DNA of 64,000 nucleotides from Acutalibacteraceae bacterium (GCA_045591425.1 JAZNSX010000041.1:14804-78803), one strand, 5' to 3'; shown: positions 17,312 through 26,209, counted from the first letter of the stretch. Notes: generated by a model not told the origin, from the letters alone. Translations and numbers: made by a program.

Positions 17312-18064
17312 TTATTCAGCCTCCTTTTCTGCTGTTTTGTCTTTGTAAACGCCGAGAGGATAATAAGGAATCATGTTTTCTTCGAGCCATTCGAGAGCCT
17401 TGTCGGGCTTGAGACCCCAGTTGGTGGGGCAGGTTGAAAGAACCTCAACAAGTGAGAAGCCCTTGCCTTCAAGCTGATTCTGGAAAGCCTTTTTGATGGC
17501 CTTCTTAGCGTTCTTTACGTTCTTTACGTTGTTAACGGCAACTCTTTCAAGATATGTTGCACCGTCAACGTTCGAAAGCATTTCGCAAACCTTAACGGGC
17601 AGACCGACCATATCGGGGTTTCTGCCGTAGGGTGAGGTCTGAGTAACCTGACCGGGGAGAGTTGTGGGGGCCATCTGACCGCCTGTCATGCCGTAGATTG
17701 CGTTATTAACAAAGATGATTGTGATGTTTTCGCCTCTTGCTGCTGAGTGGACTGTTTCTGCAGTACCGATAGCGGCAAGGTCGCCGTCACCCTGATATGT
17801 GAAAACAATGTTTTCGGGGAAAGAGCGCTTAACACCTGTTGCAACTGCGGGAGCTCTGCCGTGAGCAGCCTCAATCATATCGCAGTTAAAATAGTTGTAT
17901 GCAAAAACGGAGCATCCGACGGGTGCTACGCCTACTGTCTTTCCTTCAATACCGAGCTCGTCAATAACCTCAGCAACAAGACGGTGGATAATGCCGTGTG
18001 TGCAGCCGGGGCAATAATGAAGGGGTACATCGGCAAGTGCCTTGGGTTTTTCAAAAACTATCAT
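17312..18064 (-). CDS. 2-oxoacid:ferredoxin oxidoreductase beta (TPP-binding) subunit
   Basis: YCPGCTHG, AHGRAPAVATG, YQGDGDLAAIG, NNAIYGMTGGQMAPT. Confidence 0.92.
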   Translation of the reverse strand: MIVFEKPKALADVPLHYCPGCTHGIIHRLVAEVIDELGIEGKTVGVAPVGCSVFAYNYFNCDMIEAAHGRAPAVATGVKRSFPENIVFTYQGDGDLAAIGTAETVHSAARGENITIIFVNNAIYGMTGGQMAPTTLPGQVTQTSPYGRNPDMVGLPVKVCEMLSNVDGATYLERVAVNNVKNVKNAKKAIKKAFQNQLEGKGFSLVEVLSTCPTNWGLKPDKALEWLEENMIPYYPLGVYKDKTAEKEAE

Positions 18065-19134
18065 TATTTGTCACCTCCGACGGAATTTGCTTTGTTGATG
18101 GAATTGAGGACATCCTCTGTTGTGGGAATCATGCCGCCGACTCTGTTGCAGAGAAGAACGGGCTTTTTGCAGCGGATTGAAAGCTCTATGTCTTCAATCA
18201 TCTGACCCATTGAAAGCTCAACGCTGATGAATGCCTTAACCTTATCGGCAGCGGCATTAAGAACAGCCTTGGGGAAGGGCCAGAGAGTGATGGGTCTGAT
18301 CATGCCAACCTTGATACCGGCCTCGCGTGCCTTATCAATTGCGTTCTGAGAAACTCTTGCCGCAACGCCGTAGGCAACAATGCAGATTTCTGCATCTTCC
18401 ATTTTGTATTCATCATACATAACTTCGTTTGCTTCAATCTGTGCATAGCGCTCATAACGTTCGAAGTTGTATTTTTCAAGTTCTTCGGGTTGAATGAAGA
18501 GAGAGTTAACAACGTTGTGCTTTCTTTCGCACTTTGTGCCGCATGCTGCCCAGCCTGATTTGTCATATTCTTTAACCTCGCCCATTTCAAGCGAAACAGG
18601 TTCCATCATCTGACCCATTGTGCCGTCTGAAAGAAGCATTGCGGGCATTCTGTATTTATCGGCAAGGTCAAAGCCCTTGAAGGTGAGGTCAACCATTTCC
18701 TGAACAGAAGCGGGAGCGAGAACGATGAGCTTGAAGTCGCCGTGGCCTGCGCTCTTTGTTGCCTGGAAATAGTCGGACTGTGAGGGCTGGATACCGCCAA
18801 GGCCGGGACCGCCTCTCTGAACGTTGATGATAAGAGCGGGGAGGTCTGAGCCTGCAAGATAAGAGATGCCTTCGCTCTTGAGCGCAATTCCGGGGCTTGA
18901 GCTTGAGGTCATTGCTCTTTTGCCTGCTGCTGCTGCGCCGTAAATCATGTTGATTGCAGCGATTTCACTTTCAGCCTGCAAAAATGTACCGCCGATAACG
19001 GGCATTCTCTTTGCCATATATGCTGCAATTTCTGTCTGCGGTGTTATGGGATATCCGAAGTAGTGGCGGCAGCCAGCCATGATAGCAGCTTCCGCAAGAG
19101 CTTCGTTACCTTTCATTAAAACTTTTTCAGCCAT
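18064..19134 (-). CDS. vorB: 2-oxoisovalerate-type ferredoxin oxidoreductase alpha subunit (VorB-like)
   Basis: MKGNEALAEAAI.AGC.HYFGYPITPQ, QAESE, TSSSSPG, RGGPGLGGIQPSQSDYFQA. Confidence 0.85.
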   Translation of the reverse strand: MAEKVLMKGNEALAEAAIMAGCRHYFGYPITPQTEIAAYMAKRMPVIGGTFLQAESEIAAINMIYGAAAAGKRAMTSSSSPGIALKSEGISYLAGSDLPALIINVQRGGPGLGGIQPSQSDYFQATKSAGHGDFKLIVLAPASVQEMVDLTFKGFDLADKYRMPAMLLSDGTMGQMMEPVSLEMGEVKEYDKSGWAACGTKCERKHNVVNSLFIQPEELEKYNFERYERYAQIEANEVMYDEYKMEDAEICIVAYGVAARVSQNAIDKAREAGIKVGMIRPITLWPFPKAVLNAAADKVKAFISVELSMGQMIEDIELSIRCKKPVLLCNRVGGMIPTTEDVLNSINKANSVGGDK

Positions 19135-19147
19135 TGCTATCTCCTCC

Positions 19148-19354
19148 TTACTTTTCAACCGTAATTACGCAGTCGGGGCACATGGTTGCGCAGAAAGCGC
19201 AGCCGATGCATGCTGCCTGGTCGGTAATGCCTGCGGGGTGATAACCCTTGGCGTTGATTTCGTCTTTAAGCAATGCCACGATTTTTTTCGGGCAGGCTCC
19301 GACGCAAAGACCGCAGCCCTTGCAAAGGTCGGTATTAAAGGTTACTTTAGCCAT
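19148..19354 (-). CDS. 2x[4Fe-4S] ferredoxin-like delta subunit
   Basis: CKGCGLCVGACP and CIGCAFCATMCP; RBS GGAGG. Confidence 0.9.
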   Translation of the reverse strand: MAKVTFNTDLCKGCGLCVGACPKKIVALLKDEINAKGYHPAGITDQAACIGCAFCATMCPDCVITVEK

Positions 19355-20037
19355 AAATCTTCCTCCTGTTTTGCCCACGATTGTTTTACATAAAGTTTTA
19401 TCGCGGTGCAGTTAACAACTTTTTCTTTAAGTGTATCGTATAAATCTTCTTTTACAGTAGTCATTCTTATCGGTAAACCGCTTGCTTCTGAAATTTCTTC
19501 TGCATAGGCAACAGATGCAAGAACATCTTCCTCGGTTGTTTCATCGCCGAGATTTGAGTTGTTGACTATGCCTGTGAATTTCATTCTGCAAGCTGCCTCA
19601 ATTTCACGCATGACCTCAATTGTTGAGGCGCAGTCACGGGTGAGAGGCCTGTATTTGTTGATTACAAGCAGCATTTCGTAATCGTTCTGTTCGATAATGG
19701 CGGGGGTGTATCTTCCGAGTGCGAGAGCGCCGCGGTCGTCACCGCCGACATCGATTACCGCGTGAATGCTTGTGTCATCAATTATTGCATAAGCTTCGGC
19801 GGGCATTGCGGGCACATCGACGTTTGAGTTTGCGTATTCAGATGAAATGAGGTGGATTCCTCTTTCTTCAAGACGCTTTTCGCTGTCCTTGGTTCTGAAA
19901 TAGGGGTTAACGATGTCAAGGTCAGCAATATCAACTCTGTCATATTCTTCGCGAAGGCGAAGCGCATAGTTTACCGCAATGTTTGTTTTGCCGCTGCCGT
20001 AATGACCTGCAAAGATTGTGATTCTTTTGCTGTTCAT
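19342..20037 (-). CDS. P-loop NTP-binding protein of unknown function (MinD/ParA/CobQ-like fold)
   Basis: GHYGSGKT Walker A, DLDIVNPYFR, IDVGGDDRGA. Confidence 0.75.
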   Translation of the reverse strand: MNSKRITIFAGHYGSGKTNIAVNYALRLREEYDRVDIADLDIVNPYFRTKDSEKRLEERGIHLISSEYANSNVDVPAMPAEAYAIIDDTSIHAVIDVGGDDRGALALGRYTPAIIEQNDYEMLLVINKYRPLTRDCASTIEVMREIEAACRMKFTGIVNNSNLGDETTEEDVLASVAYAEEISEASGLPIRMTTVKEDLYDTLKEKVVNCTAIKLYVKQSWAKQEEDLWLK

Positions 20038-20038
20038 A

Positions 20039-21103
20039 TTAAAGAACTGTTACCCAGCCGAATTTGTCTTCAACCGTGCCGCCCTGAATGCCTGTTACGG
20101 TGTCATAGAGCTTCTGGCTGATTTCGCCGATTTCGCCGCCGTTGATGGTCATAACATCATCCTTGTAGCGAAGCTTGCCGACGGGTGAAATAACAGCGGC
20201 TGTGCCTGTGCCGAAGCATTCTTCAAGAGTGCCGTTCTTCTGTGCTTCAAGAAGCTCCTCAACGGAAATCTTTCTTTCTTCAACAGGGAGACCCCAGCTC
20301 TTGCAAAGCTCGATAACCGAGTTTCTTGTGATGCCGGGAAGAATGCTGCCGTTGAGCATCGGGGTAACGATTGTGCCGTTAATCTTGAAGAAGATGTTCA
20401 TTGCGCCAACTTCTTCGATGTATTTTCTCTCAACGCCGTCAAGCCAGAGAACCTGTGAATAACCGTCGTCGTGTGCCTTTACCTGTGCTGCAAGGCTTGC
20501 TGCGTAGTTACCGCCTGTTTTTGCAAAGCCCATGCCGCCCTTAACTGCTCTTACATAGTCATCTTCAATCCAGATGCCAACGGGAGCAAGGCCGCTTGAA
20601 TAATAAGCGCCTGAAGGGGAGAGGATTACGATGAAAAGATAAGTCTTTGAAGGAGCAACACCGAGGAAGTCATCTGTTGCGATGATGAAGGGACGGATGT
20701 AAAGCGAAGTGCCGGGAGCGGAGGGAATCCAATCCTTATCAACCTTTACAATTTCGCTGACAGCCTGAACAAAATCCTCAACGGGAAGCTCGGGGATGCA
20801 AAGACGTTTGTTTGTGTCGTTTGTTCTCTTTGCGTTCATTTCGGGGCGGAAAAGACGAACTTCGCCGTCAGCTCCTTTATAGGCTTTAAGACCTTCAAAC
20901 ATTTCCTGGCCATAGTGGAAAACCATGCAAGCGGGGGAGAGGGTGAGATTGCCGTAAGGAACTATACGGGGATCATGCCAGCCCTGACCTTCGGTGTAAT
21001 TCATGATAAACATGTGGTCGGTGAAAATTTTGCCGAAGCCGAGATTGTTCTCGTCAGGCTTCTGCTTAGGAGCGGTTGTTCTCTCAATTTTGATATTTAA
21101 CAT
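20039..21103 (-). CDS. ilvE: branched-chain amino acid aminotransferase
   Basis: GFGKIFTDHMF, HYGQEMFEGLKAY, SLYIRPF, AKTGGNYAASL, EEVGAMN, ILPGITR, GTGTAAVISPVG. Confidence 0.95.
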   Translation of the reverse strand: MLNIKIERTTAPKQKPDENNLGFGKIFTDHMFIMNYTEGQGWHDPRIVPYGNLTLSPACMVFHYGQEMFEGLKAYKGADGEVRLFRPEMNAKRTNDTNKRLCIPELPVEDFVQAVSEIVKVDKDWIPSAPGTSLYIRPFIIATDDFLGVAPSKTYLFIVILSPSGAYYSSGLAPVGIWIEDDYVRAVKGGMGFAKTGGNYAASLAAQVKAHDDGYSQVLWLDGVERKYIEEVGAMNIFFKINGTIVTPMLNGSILPGITRNSVIELCKSWGLPVEERKISVEELLEAQKNGTLEECFGTGTAAVISPVGKLRYKDDVMTINGGEIGEISQKLYDTVTGIQGGTVEDKFGWVTVL

Positions 21104-21129
21104 TTACAACACCCTTTCGGTATAATTTA

Positions 21130-23637
21130 TTATTTTGAAAGACCGAGCTTTGCGGCAAAATCTTCTCTCATCTTATATTTGAGAATTTTGCCTGCCGCGT
21201 TTTTGGGGAAATCTTTAACGAATTCAATATAGCGGGGCACTTTGTGTCTTGCCATATGTGATTTAATGTAATCCTTCATTTCCTCTTCTGTCATGCTGCG
21301 GCCTTCTTTAAGGATAACGCATGCCATGATTTCTTCGCCGTAGCGTTTGTCGGGTACGCCGATAACCTGAACGTCCTGAACATATTCATGAGTGAAAATG
21401 AATTCTTCAATTTCGCGGGGATAAATGTTTTCGCCTCGGCGGATAATCATATGCTTGAGTCTGCCTGTGATAAGATAATATCCGTCGGGTCTTCTGCATG
21501 CGATATCGCCGCTGTGAAGCCAGCCGTCTTTGTCGATTGCGGCTTCGGTTGCTTTCGGCATCTTATAATATCCTTTCATAATATTATAGCCTCTTGCAAC
21601 GAATTCGCCGTTTTCGCCGTCGGGAAGGTCTTCGCCCGTTTCGGGGTCGATAATCTTGCATTCAACATTGGGGAATGCGCTGCCGACGGTTTCTGTTCTG
21701 TCCTCAAGAGATTCGTTAACCTCGCCCATCGTGCAGCCGGGTGAAGCCTCTGTTTCGCCGTAAACGGAGAGAATTTCCGTCATGTTCATTTCGGCGGCGG
21801 CGCGCTTCATAAGGTCGGGCGGGCAGTTTGCGCCTGCCATGATGCCTGTTCGCATATATGAGAAATCTGTTTTTGCAAAATCCTCATGCTGGAACATCGC
21901 AATGAACATTGTGGGAACACCGTTGAAGCATGTGATGTGTTCCTGATTGACACATGCGAGCGATGACTTTGCCGAGAAATACGGTAAGGGGCAGAGCGTG
22001 CCGCCGTGGGTCATCATTGATGTCATTGAAAGCACCATGCCGAAGCAGTGGAACATCGGAACCTGAATCATCATTCTGTCAGCGGTGGACATGTCCATTC
22101 TGTCGCCGATGGTTTTGCCGTTGTTAACGATATTGTAATGGGTGAGCATAACACCCTTGGGGAATCCTGTTGTGCCCGAGGTATACTGCATATTTGCGAC
22201 GTCGTGGCAGTCAACTGCCGCCGCTCTGCGGTAAACCTCTTCAATCGGAACTCTGACAGCCATATCCATCGCTTCTTCCCAGGTCAGACAGCCTTTCTGG
22301 CGGTAGCCGACGGTGATGATGTTGCGAAGGAAGGGGAGCTTGCGGCAGTGAAGGGGCTTGCCGGGCACTGCAACCTCAAGCTCGGGGCAAAGCTGAGCGA
22401 TTGAATCAGCATAGTTTGAGTCAAGGCAGGATTCTATTGTGATAAGAGTATGAGTATCGGACTGCCTGAGAAGATACTCAATTTCGTGGATTTTGTAAGC
22501 TGTGTTAACCGTAACAAGAACTGCGCCGATTTTTGTTGTTGCCCAGAAGGTGATGAACCACTGAGGAAGGTTTGTGAGCCATACGGCAACCTTGTCGCCG
22601 GGCTTTACTCCGAGAGCAATGAGTGCCCTTGCGCAGTTATCAACATCGTCGCGGAACTGTGAATATGTTCTTGTGTAATCAAGGGTTGTATACTTATAAG
22701 CAATCTGGTCGGGGAATTTTTCAACCATTGTATCAAGCACTTCGGAGAAGGTCTTGTTGATGAGCTTGTATTTTTCCCAGACAAATTTGCCGCTGCCGCT
22801 TCTGTTTGTATAAAGAAGCTCTTCGCTCTTTTTCTTTTTGTCATAATTTGTGATTGAGTTCACAAAATGGGGGAACACGATTTCCGCAACGCCGAAATCC
22901 TCCATGGTTTCGGGCTGACATTCGTATGAAAGAAAACCGTCATAGTTTACCGATTCAAGTGCGTTGAGCATTGTCTGAATCGGAAGCGAACCTTCGCCGA
23001 TAAGGCGGTATTTCACTTCGCCGTTTTCAACAACGGAATCTTTAACGTGAACATGCTTTATGTATGCGCCCAGGTTTGTGATTGTTGTGTCGGGCTCTTC
23101 GCCGAAATCTCTGTAAGGATGGTTGATATCCCAAAGCGCTGCAAGATGGTCGCAGGCAAAAACATTGAGAAGGTCGCGAAGTCTTGAAGTGTCCGCATAA
23201 ATTCCGACGGTTTCAACAAGCAGGGCAACATTATCCTGCTCGGCTTTTTCAATTACTCTGCCGATAAGTGAAATAACGGTTGAATCCTCAGCCTTTTTGT
23301 CTTCGCCGGTTGCATATGCATGAATCCTGACATAAGGGCATCTGATTCTTGCCGCAATTTCAATCGCGGTTGCAATTTCTTCAAAGCCTTCTTCGGCGGT
23401 TTTGCTGTCTGCGATATTGCAGAAAGTGTCAAGGCAGGAAATTGTGAGTGAATTTTCGCGCAGTTTGTGAACGGTTGCCGAAGAATTCTGTTTATTGAAA
23501 GGTGCATCGTTTCCGGTGAACCTGTCGTCTGTTATATTGTGAATCTCGATTCCGCTGAAACCGAGTTCATTGGCAGTGCTTACAAATTCAGACCATGAAA
23601 GCTCCTGCCATCCGTTTGTGGAAAATGACAGTTTCAT
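21130..23637 (-). CDS. fusion of an N-terminal xylose-isomerase-like (AP_endonuc_2) TIM barrel and a C-terminal AMP-forming acyl-CoA synthetase
   Basis: aa ~1-260: GFSGIEI, LVET, WDINHP, HVHVKDS, IGEG, YDGFLSYE; aa ~290-835: QYTSGTTGFPKGVMLTH, VPMFHCFG, YGETEASP, GWLHSGD, PKNAAGKILK. Confidence 0.85.
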   Translation of the reverse strand: MKLSFSTNGWQELSWSEFVSTANELGFSGIEIHNITDDRFTGNDAPFNKQNSSATVHKLRENSLTISCLDTFCNIADSKTAEEGFEEIATAIEIAARIRCPYVRIHAYATGEDKKAEDSTVISLIGRVIEKAEQDNVALLVETVGIYADTSRLRDLLNVFACDHLAALWDINHPYRDFGEEPDTTITNLGAYIKHVHVKDSVVENGEVKYRLIGEGSLPIQTMLNALESVNYDGFLSYECQPETMEDFGVAEIVFPHFVNSITNYDKKKKSEELLYTNRSGSGKFVWEKYKLINKTFSEVLDTMVEKFPDQIAYKYTTLDYTRTYSQFRDDVDNCARALIALGVKPGDKVAVWLTNLPQWFITFWATTKIGAVLVTVNTAYKIHEIEYLLRQSDTHTLITIESCLDSNYADSIAQLCPELEVAVPGKPLHCRKLPFLRNIITVGYRQKGCLTWEEAMDMAVRVPIEEVYRRAAAVDCHDVANMQYTSGTTGFPKGVMLTHYNIVNNGKTIGDRMDMSTADRMMIQVPMFHCFGMVLSMTSMMTHGGTLCPLPYFSAKSSLACVNQEHITCFNGVPTMFIAMFQHEDFAKTDFSYMRTGIMAGANCPPDLMKRAAAEMNMTEILSVYGETEASPGCTMGEVNESLEDRTETVGSAFPNVECKIIDPETGEDLPDGENGEFVARGYNIMKGYYKMPKATEAAIDKDGWLHSGDIACRRPDGYYLITGRLKHMIIRRGENIYPREIEEFIFTHEYVQDVQVIGVPDKRYGEEIMACVILKEGRSMTEEEMKDYIKSHMARHKVPRYIEFVKDFPKNAAGKILKYKMREDFAAKLGLSK

Positions 23638-25046
23638 ATAGCTTTCTCCTCATAAACGATTTTATTGAGAGCATTGATATAAGCAACAATACTTGCGCCG
23701 ATAATATCCGTTGAAACGCCCTTGCCCGAGTAAAGCTTGCCGTTTGAACGGAGTTTTATAAGAGCTTCACCCATGGCTTCACGGCCTTCGGTGACCGACT
23801 GAATCTGGAAATCGTCAAGCTCATAGTGGTGACCTATAATCTGCTCGATTGTATGGAAAGCGGCATCGATGGGACCGTCGCCCATGCAGACCGCCTTAAG
23901 AGTTCTGCTGCCTTTTTCAAGGATTATGTTTGCTGTTGAAGAAATAACGTTTCCTGCATTGATAACATAGCTGTGAAGTCTGTATGTGGGAGGCACCTGA
24001 TGAGCAATATTTGCAATAATTGCATCGAGTTCTTTGGCACCGACCTGCTTTTTGACGGAAACATTTTTGAAAGCTTCAAAAACCTTCGCTGTGTCATCTT
24101 CCGAAAGCTCATAGCCGAGAGAAACGATTGCGTTGCTGACCTTGGAAATATCGGCTGTGTCATCAAGAAGAACAGCGCTTCCGTATTCGCCGATACCTTC
24201 CGAAGCGGCAAGGTTCTTATGAGTTTCGCTTGTCATTCGGAGAATCTGACCTGCCGAATGGTTAATAGCCATAGAGTTAACAGAATAACTTACATCCAGA
24301 GAATGACCCTTGACCTGAAGAGCTTTCATAACCTTTTCAAGGTCTGCCATTGCTTCGCCGCCGACGCAGGTTTTAATCTGAGTTGCACCTGCACCGATGC
24401 AGGCAAATACGCAAGCATTTGCCATGTCAAGCGCGTTGCTGCATTCAACGCTGACAGTGATGTTCTTAGCTGCAGGAACAGCGGCATAAAGTTCTTCGAT
24501 GAGTGAAGCGAATTCTGTGGGGAGCAAAGCACCGGCGGTGTCACAGAGAGTAACGGTTTTTGCGCCGTTTTCAATTGCTGTCTTGACCGCTTCAAAAAGA
24601 TATTCTTTTTCAGCTCTTGTTGCATCAACCGCTGAGAATTCAACGTCGGAGCAAATTGATGAGCAATGAGCTGTCAGTGTGCCGATAAGCTCAAGCATCT
24701 GAGCGGGCTTCTTATGATGAAAATATTCCATCTGAACTGCCGACACAGGAAGGGAAACAACAAGTCTGGGTTTTTTTGCGCCCGAAATGGAGCTCATTGC
24801 TCTGTCTGCTTCCTCAACCGTGCTGCCGACGGGGCAAGATAGGATGCTGTTCTTTAGGAGGGGACTTATAGTGCGCAAAACAAGGGTGTCGATTTTTTCA
24901 TCAACGATGGGAGCGGCTTCGATAACGTCAATGTTGAGTTTGTCGAGCAGCTTCGCAATTTCAAGCTTCTCTTTGAAGCTGAGGGCGATATCACCCCTGC
25001 GTGCACACTCTCTGAGTGTTGCGTCTGTGATTGTGATTTTTTTCAT
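23634..25046 (-). CDS. 2-isopropylmalate synthase (LeuA) homologue with degenerate catalytic motifs and an intact C-terminal regulatory domain
   Basis: DATLRECAR, EKLEIAKLL, EFSAVDATR, DTAG, SVECSN; C-terminal GDGPIDA, QSVTEGREA.GE, GKGVSTDIIGASI.AYINALNK. Confidence 0.8.
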   Translation of the reverse strand: MKKITITDATLRECARRGDIALSFKEKLEIAKLLDKLNIDVIEAAPIVDEKIDTLVLRTISPLLKNSILSCPVGSTVEEADRAMSSISGAKKPRLVVSLPVSAVQMEYFHHKKPAQMLELIGTLTAHCSSICSDVEFSAVDATRAEKEYLFEAVKTAIENGAKTVTLCDTAGALLPTEFASLIEELYAAVPAAKNITVSVECSNALDMANACVFACIGAGATQIKTCVGGEAMADLEKVMKALQVKGHSLDVSYSVNSMAINHSAGQILRMTSETHKNLAASEGIGEYGSAVLLDDTADISKVSNAIVSLGYELSEDDTAKVFEAFKNVSVKKQVGAKELDAIIANIAHQVPPTYRLHSYVINAGNVISSTANIILEKGSRTLKAVCMGDGPIDAAFHTIEQIIGHHYELDDFQIQSVTEGREAMGEALIKLRSNGKLYSGKGVSTDIIGASIVAYINALNKIVYEEKAI

Positions 25047-25134
25047 GCTAATCTCTCCTTTTTGAACAGCATTTCCTGACGGAATATGCAAGTTTTTGCA
25101 ATAGAAAATACTTATGCACTATAAGTTTCCTTAT

Positions 25135-25163
25135 ATTATATATAAACACAGTCTTAAAGTCAA
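25135..25163 (-). promoter_or_regulatory. sigma-A promoter of the LeuA-like/VOR operon
   Basis: TTGACT-17 nt-TATAAT on the minus strand. Confidence 0.7.
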
Positions 25164-25423
25164 TAAAAATTCACCGCAATTAAGCGGTGATAAATAAAAT
25201 TATATACTGCAACAAACCGAAAGTTTTATGAAGTAAAATATGTGTGAAAATTGCACAAAGAAAATATTCTCTATTTGTAATAAACGTAAAAAATGTTATA
25301 GAATGACGGCTTGTGTTTTCAAGGCTGTTATTGGTGTTCTGTGCCGATGAAGCAATGTAATGATTGACTTTTTGACGAAAATAATTTAGAGTGTATTTGT
25401 TAATGTTTTTAGGAGTGATTGTT

Positions 25424-25807
25424 ATGGTACAAGTAGTGGCGGCGCTTATACGCGAAGGCGATAAATTTATGATTTTTCAGCGCCCCGTAACAAAAACAAG
25501 AGCATATCAATGGGAGTTTGTCGGCGGAAAGGTTGAAGCGGGCGAAACTCTTGAAGATGCTTTGATTCGTGAATGCCGCGAAGAAATCGGGGTGACTGTC
25601 AGTGTCGGAGATATTTTTATGGAGGTTGACCATGAATACCCCGATATCACAATCCACCTGACTCTCTTTAATGCCGAAATCGTCGAGGGTATTCCACGGA
25701 TGCTTGAGCATAATGATATCAAAAGCATAACGCCTGATGAAATTGACAGCTACAGATTCTGCCCCGCAGATGATGAAATTCTCAAGAAAATCAAGGAGGA
25801 ATTCTGA
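25424..25807 (+). CDS. NUDIX hydrolase, MutT-like
   Basis: Nudix box WEFVGGKVEAGETLEDALIRECREEIG; FCPAD. Confidence 0.88.
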   Translation: MVQVVAALIREGDKFMIFQRPVTKTRAYQWEFVGGKVEAGETLEDALIRECREEIGVTVSVGDIFMEVDHEYPDITIHLTLFNAEIVEGIPRMLEHNDIKSITPDEIDSYRFCPADDEILKKIKEEF

Positions 25808-26157
25808 TGATACTGTTTATTGAATACCCGAAATGCACAACATGCCAAAAAGCGAAAAAATGGCTTGACGAAAACGGAATTTCATATACTGACCGCCATA
25901 TAAAAGAAAACAATCCCACTTTCGATGAGCTGAAAAAATGGCATGCCGAAAGTGGCTTGCCGCTGAAAAAGTTTTTTAATACAAGCGGCTTGCTTTATAA
26001 ATCAATGGAGTTGAAAGACAGGCTGCCGTCAATGAGCGAAGAAGAACAGCTGAAGTTGCTCGCATCGGACGGAATGCTTGTTAAGCGTCCTTTGCTTATC
26101 ACCGACAAAGGAATATTCGTCGGCTTCAGACCGCAGGAATGGGAAAAAATTAAATAA
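25807..26157 (+). CDS. ArsC/Spx family protein
   Basis: YPKCTTCQKAKKWL, FFNTSG, GMLVKRPL. Confidence 0.9.
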   Translation: MILFIEYPKCTTCQKAKKWLDENGISYTDRHIKENNPTFDELKKWHAESGLPLKKFFNTSGLLYKSMELKDRLPSMSEEEQLKLLASDGMLVKRPLLITDKGIFVGFRPQEWEKIK

Positions 26158-26171
26158 AAGCCAACAGGAAA

Positions 26172-26203
26172 AAGCGACACCCGCCGGAATGCGGATGTCG
26201 CTT
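26172..26203. terminator. terminator between convergent genes
   Basis: AAGCGACACCCGC-CGGAAT-GCGGATGTCGCTT. Confidence 0.7.
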
Positions 26204-26209
26204 GATTAT

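Noticed and set aside
23634-25046. Calling this gene leuA or a pseudogene
   Set aside because: Catalytic motifs are missing, so leuA is unsupported. The frame, RBS, translational coupling and regulatory domain are intact, so pseudogene is also unsupported.
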